Part shown: positions 1 to 10,796 of the stretch, one piece after another | How the letters are laid out: the number at the start of each line of letters is the position of its first letter | Numbering within the stretch: the stretch's first letter is position 1 | Assembly: GCA_963815095.1 (NCBI GenBank) | Contig: CAWFFH010000007.1 | Location: forward strand, 1-64,000 | Source of the DNA: Candidatus Bathyarchaeota archaeon | GTDB lineage: Archaea; Thermoproteota; Bathyarchaeia; Bathyarchaeales; Bathycorpusculaceae | Direction: 5' to 3' | Length of the DNA stretch: 64,000 nt | The notes under the pieces: model-generated | Database searches by the model: none | Seen by the model: only the letters and a program-made list of their open reading frames with translations | What the model was told of the DNA's origin: nothing | Translations under genes and position numbers: made by a program

Positions 1-861
1 CCGACAGGTCAGTTCAGCCCCAGTTAGGGACAATGAAGGTAACATTATTGGGTCGGTGTCTGTGGTTCGTGATATTACAGAGCTCAAAGAACTTCAAAAT
101 CGCCTTGAAAAACACTCTGAAGATTTAGAGAAACTGGTCAAGGAAGCACAAAGCAACTAAAAGATTCTGAGCGTTTAGCTGCTATCGGCGCTACTGCTGG
201 CATGGTTGGTCATGACATTCGTAATCCATTGCAGGCTATCACGGGCGATCTATATTTAGCTAAGACTGAATTGGCAGAGCTTGCAGAGAACGAGCAAAAG
301 AAAAATGCGATGGAAAGCTTGGATGAAATTCAAAGCAACATTGATTACATTAACAAAATAGTGGCCGACCTCCAAGACTACGCTAGACCGCTAAATCCAC
401 GAGCCCAAGAAACAAACATAAAATCGATATTCAACGAAATAGTGGTAAAGAATGGTATTCCCAAAAACATCAAATTAATGTTGAAATAGAAGACAAAGCG
501 GAAAAGTTATGGCTGACCCTGACTATCTCAAGCGCATTGCCTCAAATTTAACTTTGAATGCGTCCAAGCTATGCCCAATGGCGGCAAACTAACAATTCGC
601 ATATCTGATAAGAAAACGTGATGTGTTGATAACTGTTAAGGATACGGGCGTTGGTATCCCTGAAGATGTGAAGCCTAAGTTTTTTACGCCTATGATGACT
701 ACAAAATCTAAGGGTCAAGGGTTCGGCTTGGCAGTGGTTAAGCGTATGACTGAAGGTTAGGCGGAACAGTCACTTTTGAAAGCCAAGAAGGCAAAGGAAC
801 AACTTTCATTGTGCGTTTGCCCCCCCCCCAAGAGCTAAACGGTAAATGGACCTACAAGTAA
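1..861 (+). CDS. PAS/PAC sensor histidine kinase, 5'-truncated by the window edge and frameshifted
   Basis: H-box GHDIRNPLQA in ORF 202-489. Downstream frames give NAVQAMPNGG, DTGVGIP, FTPMMTTKSKGQGFGL and GKGTTF (HATPase N, G1, F and G2 boxes). Several indels. Confidence 0.85.
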
Positions 862-1100
862 AAGCCACCGTTGAGTGCTAAATTACTTTATTTTGAAGCA
901 TCTCGCCTACTTGCGTTAGCTCCCTTAGGGCTAAGAATTAAACGGCCAAAGCATTCTTTGCAATAGCCGGTTTTGTTTTGGTAGGAAATTTTTCGGCCAC
1001 ATTTACCTTTGCACTATTTTGACACTACAAACGCCTTTAATGGGCCATCAAATAATAGAAGAAGAAAGGAGTGTCAAGAAAAAATTCCCCGTCTTAGATT

Positions 1101-1140
1101 GGAAGTAGTAGTCCGACTAGTCCTATAGACTACTACTTCT
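1101..1140. repeat. 40-bp imperfect palindrome, copy 1
   Basis: GAAGTAGTAGTC (1102-1113) and GACTACTACTTC (1128-1139) form a perfect 12-bp inverted repeat. Aligns without gaps to 27236-27275. Confidence 0.7.
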
Positions 1141-1205
1141 AAAGTTATTGGGTCCAACTGAAAAATTTAATTGCGTTGTTAGGAGACTTATTATTTAAGT
1201 GAGAT

Positions 1206-2123
1206 TTGTTGCCGGAGTTTCTTGTTGGTACTGGCGGTTGGGCTTATTTCCAAGTGCCAGGCAAGGCGCCGTTGAAGGCTTACTCTGAAGTGTTCAATTT
1301 TGTAGAGGTTAACAGCACCTTCTACGAGTACCCCAGTCCGCGGCTTGTCGAAAGCTGGAGGCGAACGGTTCCTGCTGATTTCGTGTTTTCGGTGCGTTGC
1401 CATCAGGACCTCACTCACAGGATCGGGCTTAAGCCAGTGGATGCAGCGTTTGAGGTATTCTATAAGATGAAGGCTTACTGCGACGCCTTGGAGGCGCCCT
1501 ATTTAGTGTTGGAAACTCCGGTTAGCCAAGTTTTGGATGCTAAAGGCGTTTCAGAGGCTCGCGACTTCTTTTCTTCAGTCTCACCTGGCAAGATTCAGTT
1601 TGTCTGGGAGTATCGGGCACCCTTCACGCCGCAGGTCGGCAGCCTAATGCAGGACTTTGGCATAGTGCAAAGCGTCGACCTATCCCTCAAAAAACCCACC
1701 GTACCCTCAGATGTAGCTTACTCGCGGCTCTTTGGCAAGGGCAAACACAACATCTACCAATTCACCGACGAAGAACTCCTCGAAATAGAGCAAAGAGCAG
1801 AGGAAACCCAAGCCAAAACCGTTGCCCTATCCTACCATGGACTAAGAATGAACACCGATGCCGCAAGGTTTCAAAGGCACTTGCAGACGGGCAAGTTTTT
1901 GCCTGTGACGGCCTATTTTGGGGTTGAGTCGGCGAAGGCGGTTTTAGCTGAAGACGCCGTATTTCCTTCGACTAAGGCTGAGTTGGTGGAGGACCAGGGC
2001 TGGAAAGTCATCGACTTAACCGCCGAGAAAAGAATCCACTTATCAGAGGTGCTTGGCAAAATTCCAGAAAGAACATATCTGCGGCTAACCGAAGTTGTAG
2101 AGGAGCTGAAGGCGGTTATTTGA
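1206..2123 (+). CDS. DUF72 family protein with C-terminal DUF2795-like domain
   Basis: VGTGGWAY, FNFVEVNSTFY and AYSRLFG match DUF72. C-terminal FPSTKAELVE...L.KIPERTY resembles DUF2795. Confidence 0.8.
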   Translation: MLPEFLVGTGGWAYFQVPGKAPLKAYSEVFNFVEVNSTFYEYPSPRLVESWRRTVPADFVFSVRCHQDLTHRIGLKPVDAAFEVFYKMKAYCDALEAPYLVLETPVSQVLDAKGVSEARDFFSSVSPGKIQFVWEYRAPFTPQVGSLMQDFGIVQSVDLSLKKPTVPSDVAYSRLFGKGKHNIYQFTDEELLEIEQRAEETQAKTVALSYHGLRMNTDAARFQRHLQTGKFLPVTAYFGVESAKAVLAEDAVFPSTKAELVEDQGWKVIDLTAEKRIHLSEVLGKIPERTYLRLTEVVEELKAVI

Positions 2124-2948
2124 GCAGCAGCAACATCTTGTTAGGCACTTGCGGCTGGAGCTACAAAGAATGGGAAGGCAACTTCTATGAGAAACGCAGC
2201 GGCCAGAGCAAACTCCGCGCATACTCAAGGATTTTTAAGACCGCTGAAATAGACTCCACTTTTTACCGTAACCCATCCAAGGGTACGGTTATGGGCTGGT
2301 TGAAGTATTCTCCAAGCGATTTCATCTTCACCGCCAAACTGCCCAAACTCATTACGCATGACAAAGCTTTGGGCTTAAGACGGGACGTTAAAGCTGACTT
2401 GGTTGAATTTTTGGAGTTGATGAGGCCTCTGCATGCTTGGAGGAAAACTTGGTTGTTTACTGATTCAGTTGCCCCCAAAGTACACCTACAACCCCGAGAA
2501 CCTCGAATCGTTCTTCCAAATGCTGGATCCCACGTTTAGGTACGCAGTTGAGTTTCGCAACGTAACTTGGTTGATGCCTGAAACTCGAACTTTCAAGCTT
2601 CTTGAAGAGTACGGGGTAGCTTACACCAACGTTGATGAGCCATTGCTGCCGCCTGAAATGCACTTAACCGCCGATTTTGCATATTTCCGCTGGCATGGCC
2701 ACGGAGAAAACATCTGGTTTGACTACCGCTACAGCAAAGACGAACTGGAGCCATGGGTCCCCAAAGTTGAGGAAGCGGCAGGCAAAGTTAAGAAAGTCTA
2801 CGGGTACTTCAACAACCACTACCACGGATATGCCCCCGAGAATTGCCTGCAACTTATGGAACGGCTAGGGCTGCTTTCGCAGGAACAAAAGAAGGCAAAA
2901 GAAAAAAGCAAAGTTAAACAGTCGCAGCTGGGCGCATTTTTCAGTTAA
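2120..2948 (+). CDS. DUF72 family protein, one frameshift near 2433
   Basis: LGTCGWSY, EIDSTFYR and FTAKLPKLITH in the first frame; LIQLPP, AVEFRN, YFRWHG and YGYFNNH in the second. Confidence 0.88.
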
Positions 2949-3260
2949 CAACCTTCTGGTAACACTTGGAAATAGCCAGCTCTTAGAAGAAGAAAAACGG
3001 TTAAAATTCCACGGGAAGGGCCGTTCTTCTTCTTTCAACTTTAAGCTAATTTACTTTTCGAATCTCACCTAATGGGTAGAAGAAGACGATTGCTGAATTG
3101 CCACTTCTTCTTTTTAGAAATAAACAAAACAAAATAGACCCATCATAAAACAAGCTCAGACAAGAAATCGAAATGTGTTCGCTTGTATCTCAGCAATTTT
3201 GCGACAACGCAAAAAATTGCACAGCACATATTAAGGTAATCGATTGTAATACCACAAGTT

Positions 3261-6200
3261 ATGGCAAGAGAAATAGCAAATGCCGCTCAAAAGATCCGCC
3301 CAACGATTGGCATAGTGACTGCATTACCTGAGGAATTCGTTGCCGTAAAGGCAATGTTAGAAAACACCCAGATACATACAGCTGGAACCCGTAACCCTCG
3401 AACGTATGAAATAGGTGAAATCCCAGCATCTAATTCTGAAAAGCATTATGTAGCTTTGTGTATGGCTGGGATGGGAAATAATAATGCAGCTTCGAGCACT
3501 ACTCTTTTAGTTGTGGACTTCCCAAACATTACCTCAATAATAATGGTTGGTATAGCAGGAGGAGCACCCAACCCAAATAAAGTCGAAGAACATGTTCGTC
3601 TTGGCGATGTCGTTGTTTCAGATAAGAATGGAGTCATCCAATATGACTTAGTTAAAGAAGAAGCCAATAATGTAACTTTTAGACATTCACCAAGACCACC
3701 GAGCGCCTATTTGTTGGCGTCAGTTAAAAGAATGGAAATAGCTGAGCTCGAAGGAAAGAATTATTGGTTTAGGTTCATTGAGGAAGGGTTACAGAAGCTT
3801 AAGATAAAAAAACCGCCTGAAGAAACTGATGTTCTTGTCAGTTCACTTGATTCTGAAAGCATTCTTAACCACCCAAGGGATCCTAAAAGAATAGAAAATC
3901 TTCCGAAGGTATTTGTCGGATGTATCGCATCAGCTAATACGCTGTTAAAGAACCCTATGAAAAGAGATTCCCTGAGAGATAAATTTGGAGTTAAAGCCTT
4001 TGAAATGGAGGGTTCTGGAACGGCCGATGCAACATGGAACCAAGATGTTGGATACTTAATTATTCGGGGAATTTGTGACTACTGCGATTCTAGAAAAAAC
4101 GATGTTTGGCACAAGTATGCTGCAATCGTTGCGGCTGCTTATACAAGAGGATTATTGGAACAAACGCCAGCGCCAACGCTTAACGAGATAAGCAAAACTG
4201 ATGAACCCGATCCAGAGTTGCATAGGCAAGTATCATACTTAAAAGTATTGCAAATCTGCAAAGAGCAAGTCCAAAGTCAAATACAATTTCTGAAAGGCAA
4301 TTCAAGTGAACGAAGCAAGAAATACATCCCAGATTTGTATGTTGTCCGGTCTGAAATTGAGAAAGAATTTGAAGAATTTCTTGTGCAACAAGAAAAAAAC
4401 GCCTGCGTAGTTGTCGGTGAAGCTGGAATTGGAAAAACTAACCTGTTATGCCATTTATCTGAAAAACTTGTGGAAAATAGACCAGCATTATTCATAAATA
4501 GCATGCATCTGAATGGTCCTCTTCAAGAATTTATGATGGACTTATTTGATCCTAAAGATTATTTGGATTTCTCTGATTTAATAGAAAAGCTTAATCAGAT
4601 TTTGAATGAAAAAAACATCGACCTGATAGTTTTCATCGATGCAATAAATGAGGCACCCGACCCAAACAAAGTGAAATCTGACATATCTGAAATAGTTCAA
4701 AAAAGTGTTGGTAAGAGAGTTAAATTCTATATTAGTTGCAGAGATATGGATTGGGAATTTTTCCTAAGAAACAACGACTTGTTTATCGATAGATTATACT
4801 CTAAGAAAGGGCGTGTATTCATTAGGAATGATCTAATTTTTAATGAATTCAGCATAAAAGAATTCAATGAGGCTTGGGTGCGCTATAAGCAGATTTATCG
4901 ATTGAAGGGGTCTTTAGAAAAAGAGCTAAAAGAAATATGTTTGCATCCACTAATGCTCACGATTCCTGGCTGAAGGTTTTGAAGGGCAAAATCTCCCTGA
5001 GGGATATTAGAAGAATTGAAATATTTGATCAGTATTGGCTCAGAAAACTTGAGCATACTGGAAAACAAGATAAAGCTACAGAGTATATGTTCAAGTTTGT
5101 CGCTGAACTTAAAAAGAACAGAAGGAACGAATTGCCAAAGAGTCAGATTATTAGCCTTTTAGGTGATACAACAGATGATTTGCAGACAGTTTTAAGCAAG
5201 GTGTTGAGCGAAAACCTTGTCACGTATCTAAACTGGTCGGGGGATCGAGTTGTAGGTTTTGCCTATGAAGCATTCTTTGAGTATGTGATGGCTAGGTGGA
5301 TAATATTTGGCAAGGATTACAACTGGCTCAATACAAGCAATGAGCAAATAATTGAAGATCTGGATAAATTTGTTGAAGATGTCAAACAATTCAGAATTAT
5401 GAAAGGCACAATTCAGTATCTTATTATGATGCTCGAAGGTAAAAAGTCCGATATCCACGTAAAAATGCTTATTCGACTAAATAAAAATCAAGATCCCGCC
5501 TGGGAAAGCTTTGTAATTAATGTCTCCCTTAAGTTGAAGGAACAGGAAAAAATTGTTGATGTGATCGGAAATCTTGTCGTACAAGGAAATTTCAAAACGT
5601 ATGCTGCAAAAGCACTCGGAGAAATTGGCGGAAAAAATGCAACAGACTATTTAGTAAAAGCACTCCGAGACCCTGATTCGGATGTTTGGGAACAATCGAT
5701 TGATTCTCTGTCGAAATCGGCAGCAAGAAAGCAATCCAATCTCTTGCCATAGCGCTAAGAGATATGAAAGATCTTTCTTTTCGTTACTATATAACAAGAG
5801 TTTTATCAAAAGTCAAGAATAGAGATATAACAAAAATAATAATAGATTTAGCTAAAGACGCAGATTCGTATACTAAGAAGTGCTCTATTGAAGACTGAGG
5901 TAAAATCGGCGGGAATGAGTCAATAAAGTTCTTTCTTATAGCTTTGGAAGACCATGACGAAGTAATCGTTTCTACTGCTGCAGAGGCTATCGGGAATATT
6001 TTATTTAAAGATGAAAAAATATGGAAAAGTTGGAACGAAAAAGCAACTGATTGCTTGATAAAAGCACTTGGTCATCCAAGCGATTGGGTAAAAAAAGAAG
6101 TCGCCGAAGCATTGGGTATCACCCAAAATAAAAAAGCGATAAAGCCGCTTTTATCTTTACTTTCTGAAAAAGACAGCCATCTCCGCAGTCGAGCTGCCGA

Positions 6201-7484
6201 AGCTTTGGGGCAGAATTGGCGGTCAGGACATTGCCGCACCTATTATCGAACTGCTAAATGAGGACAATGAAGAAATTAAAGAGGCACGCAGTCACGGCTT
6301 TGGGAATGATAGGTGGAGAAAAAGTGATGCCATCTTTGTTAGAATCTTTATTTAATGACAAAATAAAAAACAAAAGATGCATTTATGAAGCAATCGCTGG
6401 ATTAGGAGTTGAAATAGCACTCCCAAAACTTGTCGAGCTTTTAAAAGAAAAATCATGCCTGAAAATTAATTATGTAATAACTGCAATCGGTGCACTCAAG
6501 TCAGAATTGGGTGTAAAACCCATTATTGATTATATGGCGAGTTACCCAGGCATATATAGCGAAGAAACTGTGAAAGTCAGAAACAATCAGTGGACCTTTA
6601 GCGTTAGACGCGCTATTTGGGCAATAAGAAGCGAAGATAAGAGTCTAAAAATATTGGCGATAAATGCTTTAGGTCGGATGAAAGCACACGCCATATTACC
6701 GACTCTTGTGGATTTTTTAAAAGATCAGGATGAAGATATAGTCGCCAATTCAATTATCGCAATAGGAAAAATAGGCGATTCCTCGATTATCGAAAATTTA
6801 GAAATATCTATGAAAACTGAACACATGAAAATTAGACGAGCGGTTGCTATTGCATTCGGAGACATAGGAGATAGGCGGGTAACACATCCGTTAATATTTC
6901 TACTAAATGACTCAGTGAAGGAAGTAAGAACGTCAGCAATTGATTCATTGGGTAAACTCAAAAGCGGTATTGCTGTAACACCTTTACTGAGAGTACTAAC
7001 AAAAGAACAGGACTATGATGTTAGAATTGCCTTGGTGAGAGCCTTAGGCGAGATAGGTAATGCAGTCGTAGTCCCTAATTTGCTTGCAATATTGGACAAC
7101 AGTGAGCAAGTGGTAATCGGGAAGAACTATCAAAATCAAGCGTTATTTGGAAATCCAACGCTGATTTGGAAAGAAACCATAACGGCTTTGGGAAAAATAG
7201 GTAGTTTTACTGCCTTAGAAAGATTGCTAAAATTATTCAGCGATTTTGTTCCACCGGCTACTGAAAAGTGGATTGAATCAGCCGATTGCCGATTAGAGTT
7301 AGTTCATACTTTAGGGATAATTGGTGACAGTAGTGTAGTTGATCCACTAACAGCGTTAATAAAGACGCCAATACCTACTTTTCACGGCTATTTTGCTGAC
7401 TTCAGGAGTAGATATGAAAGTCGAGTAAGAATTGCTGCAAGGGAAGCGCTTATGAAAGTGACAGAACGTGAAGATCGAATTTAG
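3261..7484 (+). CDS. Purine nucleoside phosphorylase-like effector / STAND NTPase / HEAT-repeat protein (Avs- or NLR-like), split by frameshifts
   Basis: PNP motifs GIVTALPEE, MVGIAGG, LGDVVVS, FEMEGSG and IIRGICDYCDSRKN. Walker A GEAGIGKT and Walker B LIVFIDAINE. Many PBS-lyase HEAT repeats (AA.ALG.IG) across ORFs 4937-5752, 5944-6261 and 6258-7484. Confidence 0.8.
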
Positions 7485-7743
7485 CAAACTTAAATAAATT
7501 TGGATTTTGGTTCAAACTATAAGGACAAAGGGGCACCTAATCGTTCAACCAAACTATGATCCTTAGCAATCAGAATAATCAGTTTTTTTAGGACTTAACG
7601 TTGAGTCCGCTAAAGAACCATTTTCTCGCCGCTAATGTTTTAAGCAAATGTTTAGAAGACTTAGCGAGCTTTTCAATACATAAGTAATATTTTTTACTTA
7701 TCTAATAAGCGCAAATCTTATAAGTTTAGAAGCTATAGTTTGA

Positions 7744-9576
7744 TTGGTTGGAATTCACATGAAAAGTGAAATGGCAGAATGGATAGACCGCCGCTACGAC
7801 ATCCTATGGGAAGCCTTCGGCGACAAAACCTTCAGGTTCGAAGACGCAGCCAAGCTTCTAAAAGAAAAAAACAAAGACACTGAAGAGCAGGTACCCGTTT
7901 TCCTCTCTCAACTGCGAAAAGCAGGCTTCCTGTCCGCTGAATCCGATGCCCGAGATGCACGGCAAAAAATTTACCGTTTGCATAGCCGTGAAGCCAAGAT
8001 TGTTGAAAAACTTGGACGCGGCGACATTGATGCTTTGCTCAAGCGAGCTGCGGATTTAATTCGGACTCGTGTGGATTACAAGTTTATCCTCATTCTGCTC
8101 TTCATGAAACGCATCAGCGATAAATGGGAAATGGAGTTTGAAGAAGCCTACAAAGAAGCCAAAGCCGACGGCCTAAGCGAAGAAGACGCAAGAGCTGAAG
8201 CCAAACGAGGCGAATACCACCTCTTCAACCTTCCCGAAGAATACCTCTGGGAAAACCTCCGCAAAAACGTCAGTGGACTAACCGAACAATTCTCCAAAGC
8301 ACTCAAAGCCATAGCCGAGCAAAACCCAGAGCTCAAAGACATTGTAGACAGCGTTGATTTTATCCAGTTTGCAAGCAGCAGAGAAAACGCCGAAACTCTC
8401 CGGCAATTAGTGGAGCTGTTCAGTGAGAAAAAACTCAACCACGTCTCTGCCGACGTACTCGGCGATGCTTATGAATGGATTCTGCGGTATTTCGCCCCAA
8501 GCAAAGCTAAGGAAGGCGAGATATACACCCCCCGAGAAGTCATCAAACTACTCATTGAGATTCTGGATCCCAAGCCCATGGAGAGCGTCTATGACCCTGC
8601 CTGCGGTTCAGGCGGCATGCTAATCGAAGCCTTCAAGCACGTTGAATCCAAATGTGGGTTTGAGGAAGCTCAGAAGCTATTCTTGTTTGGGCAGGAAGTT
8701 AACCAGCGCACAATTGCCTTAGCGAAAATGAACATGTACATCCACGACATCCGAGACGCCCACTTAGAGTTTGGCGACACTTTTCTGTATCCCAAGTTCA
8801 AAGAAGGCGATGGAATAAAGCAGTTTGATGTAGTTTTAGCTAATCCCCCATGGAACCAGGACGGCTACGACGAAGAGGTCCTCAAGAAGGCTGAATTCTA
8901 CAAAAAACGGTTCGAGCTCGGTTTTGTCCCCCGCCAAAGCGCAGACTGGGCATGGATAGAACACATGCTTGCATCCGCCAAAGACAACGGCAGCAGAGTC
9001 GGCATAGTCATAGACAACGGCTGCCTATTCCGAGGCGGCAAAGAAAAAACCATCCGAACCGCAGTCCTAAGCCAAAAACACGACCTAATCGAAACCGTCA
9101 TACTCCTACCAGAAAAACTATTCTACAACACAGGCGCACCCGGAGCCATCATAATCTTCAACCAACACAAACCAACAGAACGCAAAGGCAAAGTCCTATT
9201 CATAAACGCATCCAAAGAAGCAGAACAACACCCAGAAGTACGAAAACTAAACAAACTCAGAGATGGCAACATAAAGAAAATCGCAGATGCCTATAGGAAC
9301 TTTAGCGAAGAAAAAGGATTTTCACGAATTGTTCCCTTTGAAGAGATTGGAAGCAGAATGACAGCAACCTAAACGTAACGCTCTATGTCATGCAGGATGA
9401 GGAAAACGAAGGAATCAACATAGCCACAAGAATACGCAGAACTAAAAGAACTGGAAAAGCAAAGACAAGAATTAGGATACAAGTTGGAAAAATATGTTTC
9501 TGAAATAACAAAAGCAATGGGGGAAACAAATGGTGTTTTACAAGGAAAACGATTTCCAAGATTCACTGATAGGTAG
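7744..9576 (+). CDS. hsdM: Type I restriction-modification methyltransferase subunit with N-terminal winged-helix extension; C-terminus frameshifted
   Basis: GEIYTPREV, YDPACGSGGML, FGQEVN, ANPPW, LPEKLFYNTG and LFINAS. Confidence 0.92.
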
Positions 9577-10789
9577 ATATCCAAAAGATTGGGACATTGT
9601 ACGAGATAGAAGACAAATTTGATACCTCAAGTGGAGGACGCCTTCGGCGGTTCCATAAAAAAAAGAATATTATAAAAGGTAAAAATATTCCGGGTTAAGT
9701 CAGGTAATACAACGATATAAATGAATATTTGATACGAAGAAAAGATTACAGAGGTTGTTGAGAAATTCAGTGCAAAAGTCTTTCCAAAGGGAACACTTCT
9801 TGTGGCAATGTATGGACAAGGTCGGAAAAACGCGCAATCTTAGGTATAGACATGCCACATAATTAACCAAGCGGTTTGCAGATAATTCTTAAAGGAAAAA
9901 AATGTTGATGTAAGCCTATCTCAAGCATTCTTTGGACCAATGAGAAAACGTGTTTCCAAAGTGCAGGAGAGCTCAGCCAAACATTTCAGGAAATAATTAG
10001 AATGTTTAGATTTCCTTTCCTCGTTTCAATGAACAGCAACGAATCGCTGGGGTTTTGGGTGATGTTGATTCTGCCATTGAGTTAGCTGACCGCCTTATTG
10101 CGAAGACTGAGCGTCTCAAGAAAGGTTTGATGCAGCAGCTCCTAACACATGGAATAGGAAATACAGAATACCAAAGCACATCGATAGGAAAAATTCCAGT
10201 AAAATGGAATGAAATGGCACTTGGCGACGTATTCGAACAAAGAAACGAAATGTTCTAAACTACCAGAAACAACACTTACACATTTGTTGGGTTAGAACAC
10301 GTTGCTTCTGGTGAAACAAAAGTACACACTTATGCTAAAGACGCATCTGTTAAAAGCTCTAAATTCAAGTTCTATTCTGGAGACCTATTCACGGAAAGCT
10401 CGATTACCTTACAAAGAGATTGGTTGATTTTAATGGGATTTGTCAACCGATTTGCTAGTGCTGAAAGTCAAAAAAGAGGTTTTAAAAGAATTTCTGGTAT
10501 ATGAATTATTTACGTCCAAAGGAGTTACTTGACCATGCTAATATCCTACAATTCCAGGAACAAAATCAGTCCAGAGGAGAGACTGTTCGTCGAAAGCAAT
10601 TAGCGTATTCAAGTTCGAAGACTTGACCTAAAACAGTAGATTCGCAACAAAAGGGATTGCTGATCATTCTTTCTACTGTTGATAAGAAACTTGATGTTGA
10701 AAACAAAAGAAAAAGTAAAATTGGAGCGAATTAAGCGGGGTTTGATGGATTTGCTTCTTACGGGTAAAGTAAGGATTAGGGTGGATTGA
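9530..10789 (+). CDS. hsdS: Type I R-M specificity subunit, heavily frameshifted
   Basis: Starts MVFYKENDFQDSLIGRYPKDW. Central EQQRIAGVLGDVDSAI...LKKGLMQQLLTHG...IGKIP.KW. Ends IKRGLMDLLLTGKVRI. Lies between hsdM and hsdR. Confidence 0.85.
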
Positions 10790-10796
10790 TGTAGTT

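Noticed and set aside
2420-2450. Programmed frameshift in the second DUF72 gene
   Set aside because: No slippery heptamer, and indels are common across this window, so a consensus error is more likely.
2985-3115. AGAAGAAG...CTTCTTCT inverted pairs as more copies of the 40-bp palindrome
   Set aside because: Arm spacing differs (33 and 18 nt versus 24) and the sequence is low complexity.
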